Shown: positions 9,741 to 18,977 of the stretch, piece after piece | Position numbering within the stretch: position 1 is the stretch's first letter | Layout: the number at the start of each line of letters is the position of its first letter | DNA from: a virus | Length of the DNA: 64,000 bases | IMG/VR virus record: IMGVR_UViG_3300032313_000668 | Span: 54,252 to 118,251 of that record | Reading direction: 5' to 3' (one strand) | Notes under the pieces: model-generated | What the model saw: the letters and a program-made list of their open reading frames with translations, nothing else | Told to the model about the DNA's origin: nothing | The model's database searches: none | Made by a program: the position numbers and the translations under genes

Positions 9741-11077
9741 TACATATCTCCCTTAGGTAGCAAATCAGCATCGAGGCTGTCGTGTTTCATTGTTGCGAGC
9801 ATTGATGCACGCTTAAATGGGTCTTCACCATTCTTAACTGCGCGAAGCCATGAGGCACGGAATGCTGGCTCTGCTTCGTATCCCAAACCAGAGAACTCTG
9901 TAAGAGCAAGAATTGCCTGCTCTGGTGTTTCATAGTTAAGGTCTACAGTCAATTGAGTCTCTGCATATGCAGATGCAAGAAGAAGTTCTAGGTTGTCATC
10001 ACGACGCTGTGGAACATCGTAACCAGATACTGAACCTTCTGGAAGAACAGCGAAACGGCACTTGCCATCTGCTTCAACTTCAAGAGAGATAATCTGACAC
10101 TTGTTAGGGCCTTGGAAGAATACGCAGTTTGAACACTTAACGCCGATGTCTTTAACTTCGTTCTCATAAGCAGGTGTGTAACCAGCCCACACTCCGTCGC
10201 CATCTTGGTCAAATGGACCGTGCTTCTGAGTAATTGCAATAAGTGCATCTGCTAAATCTTGTTCTTCTGGAATCAAACCAGATGCTGTGACTGCCTGACC
10301 CTTAGAACTAACTTTTGTAGAACGTGGGTGTGAAACTGGTAGAAGGTCGTTGTCTGCTTTGTAGGAAGCGTTAAGTGGCTTACCTGCGCTAAGTAAACGA
10401 AGGAATGCATCAACACGAGTCATTGCCCAACGACTACGAGTTGTTCCTTGGTGTTGTGAAACTGAGAATGAAGATGCGCCACGACGGTAAACAGCTTTAA
10501 CCATTGCAACAGATGCTTTACGGTCAGATGCTGCGTACTTGTTGTAGTCCTCAACTTTTTTCTTTAATGCTTTTTCTGCACGAACACCAAATCCAACTGT
10601 GTAAGCAACGGCTTTAGGCTCTGCTGGTTCGGACACAGCGGCAGGTGTTGGTTCTTCTGTCTTCTCTTCTGTTACTGGACCACCAGCAACCCAAGCGCGG
10701 CAGGTGCGTGCTGATGCACACTTAAAATCAAATGCTTCGCAGTAGCCAAGTTCGCCTGCTGCATCAATTGCATCAAACTCATCTGCGTTATCGGTTAGAC
10801 CAGTCTCAATGCATGAAAGCATCTCTGGTGTCTGAATGAATACAGCGCAATTTCCGCAAGTCTGCTTCTTCGCAGTCTCTACATCAACGCCCCACTCGCC
10901 TCCAAGTGCAGTCCAATACTCTTCGTTTGGCTCTGCTGGATTAAGTGGACCGTACATTGCTGTATCGATTGCGTTCTTGCGGTTCTTAAGATTAAGTGCG
11001 ATATCTTGTGTCGCAGGTGGGCAACCTTCTGCTGCTGCAGTTACAGGAGTTATTGGGATTAACTTCTTTTCAGACAT
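9740..11077 (-). CDS. Head-operon protein with two Cys4 modules and a DUF5824-like domain
   Basis: CGNC...GYC...C...C module; KAVYRRG...WAMTRVDAFL (DUF5824-like); KCSNCVFF...CQII...GKC (HiPIP-like spacing); translationally coupled to both neighbours. Confidence 0.7.
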   Translation of the reverse strand: MSEKKLIPITPVTAAAEGCPPATQDIALNLKNRKNAIDTAMYGPLNPAEPNEEYWTALGGEWGVDVETAKKQTCGNCAVFIQTPEMLSCIETGLTDNADEFDAIDAAGELGYCEAFDFKCASARTCRAWVAGGPVTEEKTEEPTPAAVSEPAEPKAVAYTVGFGVRAEKALKKKVEDYNKYAASDRKASVAMVKAVYRRGASSFSVSQHQGTTRSRWAMTRVDAFLRLLSAGKPLNASYKADNDLLPVSHPRSTKVSSKGQAVTASGLIPEEQDLADALIAITQKHGPFDQDGDGVWAGYTPAYENEVKDIGVKCSNCVFFQGPNKCQIISLEVEADGKCRFAVLPEGSVSGYDVPQRRDDNLELLLASAYAETQLTVDLNYETPEQAILALTEFSGLGYEAEPAFRASWLRAVKNGEDPFKRASMLATMKHDSLDADLLPKGDM

Positions 11078-12840
11078 TACTGCGCTGCCTCTGGTGTCTC
11101 AGGTGTTACACCTTCTGCTTCAGGTGTTGCACCTTCTTCTGGTGCAGGAGTTTCTCCAGCAAGAACATCTGCAACGTTGGCTGGTAGAGGTGCAACTGAT
11201 GCAGCCTGTTGAGCAGCCTTAACTGCGTTCATCATGTCTGGAGCAACAGCAGCAAGCATTGCTTCTGTTAGCTCAGGTGTCATTGCACCCTTTTCAGTCA
11301 TCATGCGAAGTGCAAGTTCATTTGGAGTTGGTGCATCTTGGTCTGAGAATCCGTGAGCACGACGCCATGTGTCAGAAGAAACTGCCATACGGTCATAACC
11401 TGCATCTGCATCTGCAGCGCGGTCGTTACGTGTGGAAACTGCTGATGGGTCATACCAAACTGTGATTCGGTTTGCTTCAGACTCTGTGTAACCATTTGCC
11501 ATGAGGTATGGACGTAAGTAAACAACTGTGAGTGAGTCACAGATAAGAAGCATCATTGGCTCGATGTGTGCCTTGTAAAGTGCTTCGTCAATCTGTAGAG
11601 CGTTTGAGTACTTAACGTTTGCTAGACCTGTTACAACATCCTTTGGAACATCTAGTCCCTGCAAGATGCGCTCTAGTACACGGTCTGAACGCTCAGCAAG
11701 TGCTGGGTCGAATGAACGCTCGAACTTGAACTGCTTAATCTTGTCACCAAGTTCTGCAGGACCACGAATGATAAGCGGAACAACTGCTGATGCGGACTCT
11801 TCGTCACGAATCGGAGTTGTCATCGCATCGATTAGTTGTTCTTCGAATTCATCTTCTGCTTCTTCAGCAGTAAAGCCTGCGCCGACGCCATCCTCAGAAT
11901 CGTATGGGTAGTCTGGGTCCGCTTGCGCCGCAACCGAGAGACCATCTGGAAGATAAAGAGCACCAGCATTGAGGCGAGAGCGAGCCGTCGCACGGAATGT
12001 CCTGTTCAGTAGTAGGAGTTCAGCACATAGGTCTAGTAGACCGCGTAGTGATGAGTCAGCTTCGTCAGAGAATCGTGGGTGTGAACGCCAGATGCGTCCT
12101 ACGAAAGCTTTGTTGCCAAGACGAGAAACACCGAATGCTTGTCCTTGTCCTTGAGTTTGCTCACGGCGACCGATGACATTAAGTCCACCCTTTGCGTCAG
12201 TGATAACTTCATCAACGGAACGGACGTCCCAAGATTCAGGAGTTCCTGTTCCAACCTTTGCTGGCATCTGTACTAAGTAGCACTCACCTGCAACAGAAAG
12301 ATTTAGAGCTGCATCTTTTAGAAGACCTGCTTGTCCACCGTATGCAGAGTTAAGGCGCTCAAGTGCACGCTCTGCAGCAGATGCAAGTTGTTGGTCAACA
12401 ACACGAGACTCGTTTACTGAAACTGGAGCCTGTGATGCATCGTCAACAGCAGCGGCGAAAATTCGGATTCGTGAAACTACAGATGCAACAAGATTGAATG
12501 CATACTTGATTTCACCGATTGCGTCGTAGTATTCCCAAGCTTCTTGTTGCCATGCGCTAGAAGATGCGTGACGACGAGTTTTAAACTGCTCAAATTCTCC
12601 TTTGTCGTTAACTTTTACCTGCGCAGCGGCAGCAGTCATTGAACGGGGAGCGTTATATGAAAGTGGTTTAGGAGTGTTTGCTCCTGAAGTAAAGATTGAT
12701 GAAAGACCAGTTGGCTTAGGTGCCTGTTGGTTGATGACTACTTGAGTCGAACGATTCGTGGAGCGCTTTTTACGAGGTTTGCTTGTTGCAGCAGGAGCCA
12801 CTGGCTCTACTACTGGCTCTTCTTTTTTGAATACGCTCAT
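11077..12840 (-). CDS. Portal protein
   Basis: 587 aa; WQQEAWEYYDAIGEIKYA...SRIRI and NLSVAGECYL resemble actinophage portals; position at the head of a structural operon. Confidence 0.75.
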   Translation of the reverse strand: MSVFKKEEPVVEPVAPAATSKPRKKRSTNRSTQVVINQQAPKPTGLSSIFTSGANTPKPLSYNAPRSMTAAAAQVKVNDKGEFEQFKTRRHASSSAWQQEAWEYYDAIGEIKYAFNLVASVVSRIRIFAAAVDDASQAPVSVNESRVVDQQLASAAERALERLNSAYGGQAGLLKDAALNLSVAGECYLVQMPAKVGTGTPESWDVRSVDEVITDAKGGLNVIGRREQTQGQGQAFGVSRLGNKAFVGRIWRSHPRFSDEADSSLRGLLDLCAELLLLNRTFRATARSRLNAGALYLPDGLSVAAQADPDYPYDSEDGVGAGFTAEEAEDEFEEQLIDAMTTPIRDEESASAVVPLIIRGPAELGDKIKQFKFERSFDPALAERSDRVLERILQGLDVPKDVVTGLANVKYSNALQIDEALYKAHIEPMMLLICDSLTVVYLRPYLMANGYTESEANRITVWYDPSAVSTRNDRAADADAGYDRMAVSSDTWRRAHGFSDQDAPTPNELALRMMTEKGAMTPELTEAMLAAVAPDMMNAVKAAQQAASVAPLPANVADVLAGETPAPEEGATPEAEGVTPETPEAAQ

Positions 12841-12879
12841 TGGCGATTCTCCTCGTCATGTTTGTTACGGAGCATGAAG

Positions 12880-13167
12880 TTATTTATCCTCATACGCAGT
12901 TAACAGCCCTGCTACTGCGGATAAGGCGAATACCGAAGCCACAGCAATAGTTACTGTAGTAATGATAGCAAAGCCTAGAAGGATTGATGCTACCCAAATG
13001 GACAAACACCACTCACAGGTTAACAGGTATCCGAGTTTTTTAGACTCGGGTGGGAACTTGCTCCACCACCAGTTGCGGAACCCTTCGGTAATAACGTCCC
13101 GCGTTAATAGTCTGGTAATTCTGTAAGTTGCTAGGGCAAGAATAATAAAGCTAAACCAATCAAGCAT
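12880..13167 (-). CDS. DUF1360-family membrane protein
   Basis: LATYRITRLLTRDVI...LLTCEWCLSIW motif, hydrophobic helices. Confidence 0.75.
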   Translation of the reverse strand: MLDWFSFIILALATYRITRLLTRDVITEGFRNWWWSKFPPESKKLGYLLTCEWCLSIWVASILLGFAIITTVTIAVASVFALSAVAGLLTAYEDK

Positions 13168-13531
13168 TTGGGTCCTCGCTCGAGGTCACGATGGCAGAAC
13201 CCCGAGGATTCCAGCCACGTAGTCGAGAACCACAGCCGCAGTTGTCGTCTCGGAGGATGGCAATGATTTTTCCTGAATCAGTCAAGATATGGGTAGTTTT
13301 GCCTTCGTTAGACATTTCTTTTACTTGCTCTCTAAAAATGACCTTTGGGCCTTCTGGGGAGTCTTGAGCAATAAGAAGGATGTTCTCAATTACTACGGCA
13401 CGAGTTCTATCAACTCGACGCGTCCCCTGAGGGGCATCGCCAGTAGTTTTAAGCTGGGTATAGTCATCTAAGGACCCAGGCTCAGCTAGTCGAACGACGG
13501 CGGGGAAAATATCTACATGCTTGCGCATCAT
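13160..13531 (-). CDS. Hypothetical protein (CGCGSRLR motif)
   Basis: ORF overlapping both neighbours in the operon. Confidence 0.7.
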   Translation of the reverse strand: MMRKHVDIFPAVVRLAEPGSLDDYTQLKTTGDAPQGTRRVDRTRAVVIENILLIAQDSPEGPKVIFREQVKEMSNEGKTTHILTDSGKIIAILRDDNCGCGSRLRGWNPRGSAIVTSSEDPNA

Positions 13532-13860
13532 TCAACATACTCCGATGGAACATAAAAGTTATCCCAGCCCCAAGCGAGCTTGGCAACTTCTAGCGGAACA
13601 ACTAATGGATGGGTGCGCTTAGTATTCTGAATCATTTCGTAAACCTCGTCACGAGTATGTACAAATGTCGCATTTCGCCATGAACGGTTAGTTGTAAGGC
13701 TCTTAATAGGGAAAGCCATTGGATAACGGCTGTTTTCGGAGGTCATTGTCTCAAGTGCTCGTGATTGTCTTGAACTCTTGGATTTCGGGTTCATCCACAC
13801 AACAATGGCTAATTCATTCTCTGCGTAGGTGCCTGTAAGTGTCTTGTATTGACGGCTCAC
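13528..13860 (-). CDS. Hypothetical protein
   Basis: ORF coupled to neighbours. Confidence 0.7.
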   Translation of the reverse strand: MSRQYKTLTGTYAENELAIVVWMNPKSKSSRQSRALETMTSENSRYPMAFPIKSLTTNRSWRNATFVHTRDEVYEMIQNTKRTHPLVVPLEVAKLAWGWDNFYVPSEYVE

Positions 13861-14357
13861 TACTTACTCAACCTTCTAGCCATGGCTCGGTAAGAAACTC
13901 CTGCTGCTTCAGCAATAGAGGCGGTTGGAACGCCCATAGAACGCAGTGTGCGTGCTACAGCGGTCAATTCATCGTTAGCCTGCGCCAAGGGGCTATCAGG
14001 GGCTGTCTTAGCCCTATAACGCTTTGCTAGGTCTGAAAGCTGCTTAAGGCGTGGTCTCATGTCTGTGGGGACTCCAGGGCTGATTGAGCGTAGGCGCGGA
14101 GCAGACTTGGTAGGAACTGAAGTTGTTAAGGATTTAGGTGGAGGGGCAGGGATTGCTCTCTGCTGCTCAATAGTCGCGGCTCGCTTTACCCAGAAGTGGA
14201 TAGTTGTCTTAGGGCGTTGTGGATTAAGGGAATTACCAAGAACTTGAAGAGACCAGCCAGCTTCCCAGAGGGAGCGGAGGCGGGACTCAGCTTCTGGACG
14301 TGGCAATGCCGCGATGAAAGTAACTTCATCCTGGGGCAATTGATTCTTTAGGTCCAT
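13860..14357 (-). CDS. DNA-binding protein with two helix-turn-helix-like segments
   Basis: LWEAGWSLQVLG...KTTIHFWV and GVPTASIAEAAGVSYRAMARRL. Confidence 0.65.
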   Translation of the reverse strand: MDLKNQLPQDEVTFIAALPRPEAESRLRSLWEAGWSLQVLGNSLNPQRPKTTIHFWVKRAATIEQQRAIPAPPPKSLTTSVPTKSAPRLRSISPGVPTDMRPRLKQLSDLAKRYRAKTAPDSPLAQANDELTAVARTLRSMGVPTASIAEAAGVSYRAMARRLSK

Positions 14358-14837
14358 TCACTTATCGTACAGTATTTTGAGGTTGGTGTACGGGAAAACT
14401 ACGAGGGGCATAGTCATTGTACGAAGCGGACGCTTCTCTGAACCTTTACGTTAAAATGCTTTTGACCTGTGAGACGGAAGTGCTATATTTTGGGACTTCT
14501 TCAAATCGTTTCCAAGTTCTTTTTCTGGATTTTTGTAGTCGATTGGATTTTTGCTTTTTGCTTGCTTTCTGGGCTTTGTGATGCGCTTTTAGTTTTATTT
14601 CTGGCTCTGAGACTACATTTCAATAGGCATAGGCACTAATAGTTCTTTTGTTGTGTATCTAGTCAATGCTTTTAGTGCCTAGTGAGTCTTTATTATGTGT
14701 TTGTAGTCTTAGATGAGCAACTAGTTCATGATGTTGATGTTGTTGTGATGTCTACCAAGATGACTAGTGTGTCTGACTTGACAACTATCAAATAAGTCTT
14801 TGCACTCTCACACCTAGAGTGCTAATGCCAACTAGAA

Positions 14838-14930
14838 ACGACACACCTAGTAGATAGACTTGACAAAGTGCAGGGAAGTATTATGATTGTATTAGTAGGA
14901 CAAGCCTACGAAACGACGAAGGGAATCAAG
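14838..14930 (+). promoter_or_regulatory. Early promoter cassette (GACAC, TTGACA, TGCAGG spacer, -10, AAACGACGAAGGGA leader)
   Basis: GACAC 14840, TTGACA 14860, TATGAT 14882; same cassette at 15601 and 16113. Confidence 0.8.
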
Positions 14931-15164
14931 GTGCCTAAGCACACACACCTAGTAGTTGCCTACAACCACGAAACCAAGACCTTTTGGTTCGATGGTGATG
15001 GGTCAAGGGAATGGATACGCAGAGCCATGGAGATAGAAACTAATACATGGTCAGACGAAGACGAAGCCTATGTGTCAATAGACAAGGCTTTAGAAGATGA
15101 AGCAGTCGAAGCACTCGACCGCATGGGTATAGCAGTAGAACAAAACAACTGGCAGGAAAGGTAA
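14931..15164 (+). CDS. Hypothetical early protein
   Basis: GTG start after the conserved leader; the upstream part of the called ORF is promoter sequence. Confidence 0.75.
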   Translation: MPKHTHLVVAYNHETKTFWFDGDGSREWIRRAMEIETNTWSDEDEAYVSIDKALEDEAVEALDRMGIAVEQNNWQER

Positions 15165-15169
15165 TCCGC

Positions 15170-15544
15170 ATGAAACTCGCAATTAGAATCACAACCGCAG
15201 GCACTATCGAAGAGTTAGACCTATCAGGGGACAACAGCCTAGACACACTACAGACAGCCGTAGGTGGGTGGGTGCAGGCTATTGACCTAGATGAGTCCCT
15301 CACTATGTGGCTAAACGAAGAGGGAAAGCTTGTGGGACTACCGCACAACCCGTATGCACAGTTCGCATGGGATAAAAGGTTCGGGGCTCACACAGATTAC
15401 ACAGTCGGAGATGTAGTCTTCACAGGTGGAACAGACGACGAGGGCTATACCCTAGGGCTTGACCAAGACACCGCAGACCAAATCCGCATGATGGTTCAGC
15501 AAGTGGCACAGATAATCGAGCCAAGAATCGAAGTAGTCTTCTAA
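15170..15544 (+). CDS. DUF3846-family protein
   Basis: LQTAVGGWVQ...NEEGKL.GLP.N...GDVVFTG. Confidence 0.8.
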   Translation: MKLAIRITTAGTIEELDLSGDNSLDTLQTAVGGWVQAIDLDESLTMWLNEEGKLVGLPHNPYAQFAWDKRFGAHTDYTVGDVVFTGGTDDEGYTLGLDQDTADQIRMMVQQVAQIIEPRIEVVF

Positions 15545-15555
15545 TAACTCACGGG

Positions 15556-15584
15556 AAGAGCCCTCCGCAAGGGGGGCTTTTTTC
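15556..15584 (+). terminator. Intrinsic terminator
   Basis: AGCCCTCC-GCAA-GGGGGGCT-TTTTT; near-identical copy at 16083-16112. Confidence 0.85.
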
Positions 15585-15585
15585 G

Positions 15586-15697
15586 TTATCAAACCGTTAT
15601 ACGACACGCAGGTAAATCAGTTTGACAAAGTGCAGGAAGGTTAGTATCTTTATTACATAGGCACAAAGCCTAGACAGAAACGACGAAGGGGAAACAG
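15586..15697 (+). promoter_or_regulatory. Early promoter cassette
   Basis: GTTATC-AAACC-GTTAT direct repeat, GACAC 15603, TTGACA 15622, TGCAGGAAGG, AAACGACGAAGGGG leader. Confidence 0.8.
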
Positions 15698-15922
15698 ATG
15701 TATAAGAATTACGGCATCAAGGTAACCGCACTAGGCACTACTTACTATTTCGTAGTAGACACTCTAGACAAGGTTCGTGAGTTGTATGAAGGTTCACACA
15801 GCATCACACTATTCGAGGTGACTGAAGAAACTCTCACAACAGGTGAGCCAACAGTCTTCCGCATCATGTCAGACCGTGAAGTTGCAGATGCTATCTTCAC
15901 AACCGAGGGTGCAACCCTCTAA
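15698..15922 (+). CDS. Hypothetical early protein
   Basis: ATG after the conserved leader. Confidence 0.75.
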   Translation: MYKNYGIKVTALGTTYYFVVDTLDKVRELYEGSHSITLFEVTEETLTTGEPTVFRIMSDREVADAIFTTEGATL

Positions 15923-15945
15923 ACCGTAACGAAGGAAGAACACCC

Positions 15946-16071
15946 ATGGACACTACGGTAGAAACAGAATGTGCTTGCAGGTCATGTTGCAAGACAGAGT
16001 TATACAGCAGGCTCTATTGCCAAGATTGCTACGACATGGCTTGTAGCAAGACAGACGAAGACCAGCACTAA
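15946..16071 (+). CDS. Tiny Cys-rich protein (41 aa, not in the ORF track)
   Basis: GAAGGAAG RBS; MDTTVETECACRSCCKTELYSRLYCQDCYDMACSKTDEDQH; followed by a terminator. Confidence 0.65.
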   Translation: MDTTVETECACRSCCKTELYSRLYCQDCYDMACSKTDEDQH

Positions 16072-16082
16072 GACTCAAGAAG

Positions 16083-16112
16083 GAGCCTCCCGCAAGGGGG
16101 GCTTTTTCTTTT
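16083..16112 (+). terminator. Intrinsic terminator
   Basis: AGCCTCCC-GCAA-GGGGGGCT-TTTTCTTTT. Confidence 0.85.
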
Positions 16113-16210
16113 GCGACACGCCGAGAAAAATAAATGCAGAATAGACTTGACAAAGTGCAGGAAGGTTGCAATACTTAGACCACAAGCAAGAAACGACGAA
16201 GGGAATCAAG
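16113..16210 (+). promoter_or_regulatory. Early promoter cassette
   Basis: GCGACACGCCG 16113, TTGACA 16147, TGCAGGAAGG, leader AAACGACGAAGGGAATCAAG identical to the one at 14911. Confidence 0.8.
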
Positions 16211-16402
16211 ATGATTGACTTAGTTCAAGACCTAATGGGAGTAAGACTAAACAAGCGTGGGCGCATAGTTATCGGCACACTAATGTTCGTAGCGTTCCTA
16301 ATGTTGTGGGCGTTCCTAGACAACGCAACAACTCCAGAGATGTGCAAGGTTCCAACAGAGCAGATGAGTCAGTTCTGCCTAGACCTTCTCTACCCTAACT
16401 AA
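16211..16402 (+). CDS. Small single-pass membrane protein
   Basis: Basic stretch, TM helix, C-terminal Cys pair. Confidence 0.7.
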   Translation: MIDLVQDLMGVRLNKRGRIVIGTLMFVAFLMLWAFLDNATTPEMCKVPTEQMSQFCLDLLYPN

Positions 16403-16422
16403 GAGAAACGAAAGGACACACC

Positions 16423-16683
16423 GTGAGCAACTATCCAGCAGGCGTGACAGGCAACGAGTATCAGATTGCAGGTGCAGACGCTGAATACACAGAGGAGCGC
16501 ACCGTCCGTTGCGATAACGAAGAGTGCAGTCAGTTCGAGATTGAGATTGACGCTGAGGTGGACATACAGTCTTACCGCTACGAAGAGTGGTGGTCATGGA
16601 CATGTCCAGAGTGCAAGACAAGCGCAGACTACGAAGGTGCAGTTCGTGAGTTCGAGCAAGAGTATGAGCCAGATTTAGACTAA
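16423..16683 (+). CDS. Acidic zinc-ribbon protein
   Basis: CDNEEC...WTCPEC; GAAAGGA RBS. Confidence 0.75.
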   Translation: MSNYPAGVTGNEYQIAGADAEYTEERTVRCDNEECSQFEIEIDAEVDIQSYRYEEWWSWTCPECKTSADYEGAVREFEQEYEPDLD

Positions 16684-16743
16684 CCGCAGAAACGGAGAAA
16701 CCCCCAAGGTAAAAAATACCAAGGGGGTTCCTCATTTGCAGGT

Positions 16744-17022
16744 CTAGTTCCCTGAAGACGCAGCCTTCCGAGCTGAGTTCTTCTTATCTACGGCATTGAA
16801 TACCTCGTTTATTTCCTCAGTAGTCAGTTTGCCATCTTGTAGATACGCACGACTTAGCCCCTCAACCACAGTCGCAACTCCTCCGATACCTGCCATCAAA
16901 ACAGCCTGCCAGAGTTCGACGCCAGCGATTGCGCCAGCACCTACAACCGACAGACCAGATGCTGCAAATACTGCCAAGACTCTATTGAGAATCTGAACAG
17001 TCTTTCCTTTGTTTATTGCCAT
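16744..17022 (-). CDS. Holin-like small membrane protein
   Basis: Two hydrophobic helices followed by DGKLTTEEINEVF and a basic tail. Confidence 0.55.
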   Translation of the reverse strand: MAINKGKTVQILNRVLAVFAASGLSVVGAGAIAGVELWQAVLMAGIGGVATVVEGLSRAYLQDGKLTTEEINEVFNAVDKKNSARKAASSGN

Positions 17023-17124
17023 AAGTGCCGTCCTTCCATGGTCGCACCTAAGCGTTGTGCAAGGACGCAACAACGCCCAGCACCTCTAATGGTAAGAGAG
17101 ATACTGGGCGTTGATTGGTAAAAA

Positions 17125-17568
17125 CTAAGCGATGACTTCTACCGCAGTGCCTTTGAATAGGGCGACAATGACTGATTGGTCGGTGCAGTTATCTGCTTTG
17201 ACTTTTGAGTCCTTGTGAAACTCGCAGAGGGCTTCAAGTGTTGAATCACCAAAGGTTCCCCGCTTGTCTTCACCCGCAACAGAGAAACCAAGTTCAATAA
17301 GTCGAGACTGAACAGACGCAACTGAACGAGAGTTCTTTGCACGAGACCCATGCTTCAGAGCTGAGAGCTGAACGAACACACCAGCACCTGCCAATTTTTT
17401 ACCTTCAGATGCAACAGCAGGAGCTGACGCGGCAGCTTCTTTCTTCGCAACAACTTCAGGTTCCTTGACTGGTTCTGGCTTTGCTTCTACAACTACCGCA
17501 GGGATAGTCTTTGGTTCTACGGCGAGCGCGACTGGCTCAGCCTTTACTTCTGGTCTGATGTCTTCCAC
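17125..17568 (-). CDS. Peptidoglycan-binding domain protein
   Basis: LKHGS...VASVQSRLIELGF...GTFGDSTLEAL..F (PG_binding_1-like) after an Ala/Pro/Glu-rich linker; start uncertain. Confidence 0.6.
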   Translation of the reverse strand: MEDIRPEVKAEPVALAVEPKTIPAVVVEAKPEPVKEPEVVAKKEAAASAPAVASEGKKLAGAGVFVQLSALKHGSRAKNSRSVASVQSRLIELGFSVAGEDKRGTFGDSTLEALCEFHKDSKVKADNCTDQSVIVALFKGTAVEVIA

Positions 17569-17573
17569 GAATC

Positions 17574-18194
17574 CTACTTTCCTTCTGGGTATTGGTCGAG
17601 CCACTTGTAGTAAGAGCCAACCGTTCCACCATTGTAAGCGTTAGGGCCTATACCCCATGCTCCAAAATCCTTACCACCATTTGACATGTGATAAGCAATC
17701 TCCGCATTGAGAACGGGGTTCCAGAGGTCAGAGTTCTGCTCCAAATCAAACTTCTCACGGCGGTCTTCTCCAAGCCCACCAATCATGTTGATTTGGAATA
17801 GCCCGTATGAGTTGTCGCCTGTGTTTGAGTTGCCATTATGGGACTTAGGGCGTCCTGTGGACTCCTTCATCGCAATAGCCCAAGCAGACCTGAGAGCACT
17901 GCCCTCAAACCCAACGAGGCTCAGCAGTTCCTTCAGCTCAAGAGGGGTAAGTTGTTCTCTCTGATTTGCATACTTCTCGAGGGTTCGTGATGGCTTTTGC
18001 TGTCTAGCGAGTAAGTTCTCCATCTTTTTTACCTCAGCGATGGGGGAGATACTGACCGCAGCAACTTGGTTCTTTGCTTCGAGTAGTTCTTCTGATGCTT
18101 GTGCATGTGCAACAGCAACAGTTGTAGTGCTAGCGAGCAGGAACACAGCAACCATAAGGATTACTGCATCTGTTTTTACTGTAAATGATTTCAT
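17574..18194 (-). CDS. Secreted lytic transglycosylase / lysozyme-like protein
   Basis: N-terminal signal/TM; AIAMKESTG...DNSYGLFQIN...NPVLNA. Confidence 0.8.
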   Translation of the reverse strand: MKSFTVKTDAVILMVAVFLLASTTTVAVAHAQASEELLEAKNQVAAVSISPIAEVKKMENLLARQQKPSRTLEKYANQREQLTPLELKELLSLVGFEGSALRSAWAIAMKESTGRPKSHNGNSNTGDNSYGLFQINMIGGLGEDRREKFDLEQNSDLWNPVLNAEIAYHMSNGGKDFGAWGIGPNAYNGGTVGSYYKWLDQYPEGK

Positions 18195-18368
18195 CTCGGT
18201 GCTCCTTCTTTAGGGGATAGGGCAGATTGCAGAATTACGCAACCATTGGGGCTACCGAAAGCCCACATGTCAATTTGTCTAATGCGTCGCTCATGTATAA
18301 ACCTTACCAGAGGGTCAAAGAGACCCCCAGACCTGCTAAGCGTAGGTCTAAGGGTTCTTTTTTGTGAC

Positions 18369-18977
18369 TTATTTCACAAACCCAAATGCCCTTCGGCAGT
18401 CAGGTCCAAGCATGAGTTCCCGCGAGCGCGGGTCTGTCAGGTCTGCACCACACTTGCCACAGCACTTGTAATGTTCAGCAAACATGCGTGCGTATTTGTA
18501 AGGGTCTTTCTGGACTATCCGCACAAACGCGAGGGCATCCTCAACGTCAGGTCGTACACGAGTGAACGCTCCAACTGAACCAAACAACTTGTTCATTTGC
18601 AGACGCTTCATGTATTCTTTCACCTCAAGAAATACTAGGTCGCCATGCACAGGCTTCTTCATAAAGTCAAGCATCAACTCCGAAACAGGGATTGCATACT
18701 TGCTTTTAGGGATTGTCTGAAGTGCCTCATTTAGTTCCGCAAATAGACGCTGACGAGCTTCCTGCTCAGGGGTTAGCCCAGCAGGAGACTTTTTTACCTC
18801 GACAGCATTAGGGAACCCCAGGAACATCGAGATGTATCCTGATGCCTGCTTCTTGCTCAGAGATGCCCTCTGCTCAAGAAACACATTGAGAATAACCGCA
18901 GGGATTTCTCTTTGAACCATAAGGTCGTCAAGAAACTTCACCTGCTTCTCAGATGCAACTTCTAATACTTGTGTCAT
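18369..18977 (-). CDS. DUF6011-like zinc-binding protein
   Basis: C-terminal CGKCGADLTDPRSRELMLGPDC; N-terminal ASEKQ..FL. Confidence 0.7.
   Translation of the reverse strand: MTQVLEVASEKQVKFLDDLMVQREIPAVILNVFLEQRASLSKKQASGYISMFLGFPNAVEVKKSPAGLTPEQEARQRLFAELNEALQTIPKSKYAIPVSELMLDFMKKPVHGDLVFLEVKEYMKRLQMNKLFGSVGAFTRVRPDVEDALAFVRIVQKDPYKYARMFAEHYKCCGKCGADLTDPRSRELMLGPDCRRAFGFVK

Noticed and set aside
957-12154. Numerous short plus-strand and alternate-frame ORFs inside the head operon
   Set aside because: They are antisense or frame shadows of long genes with biased codon usage and have no RBS or motifs.
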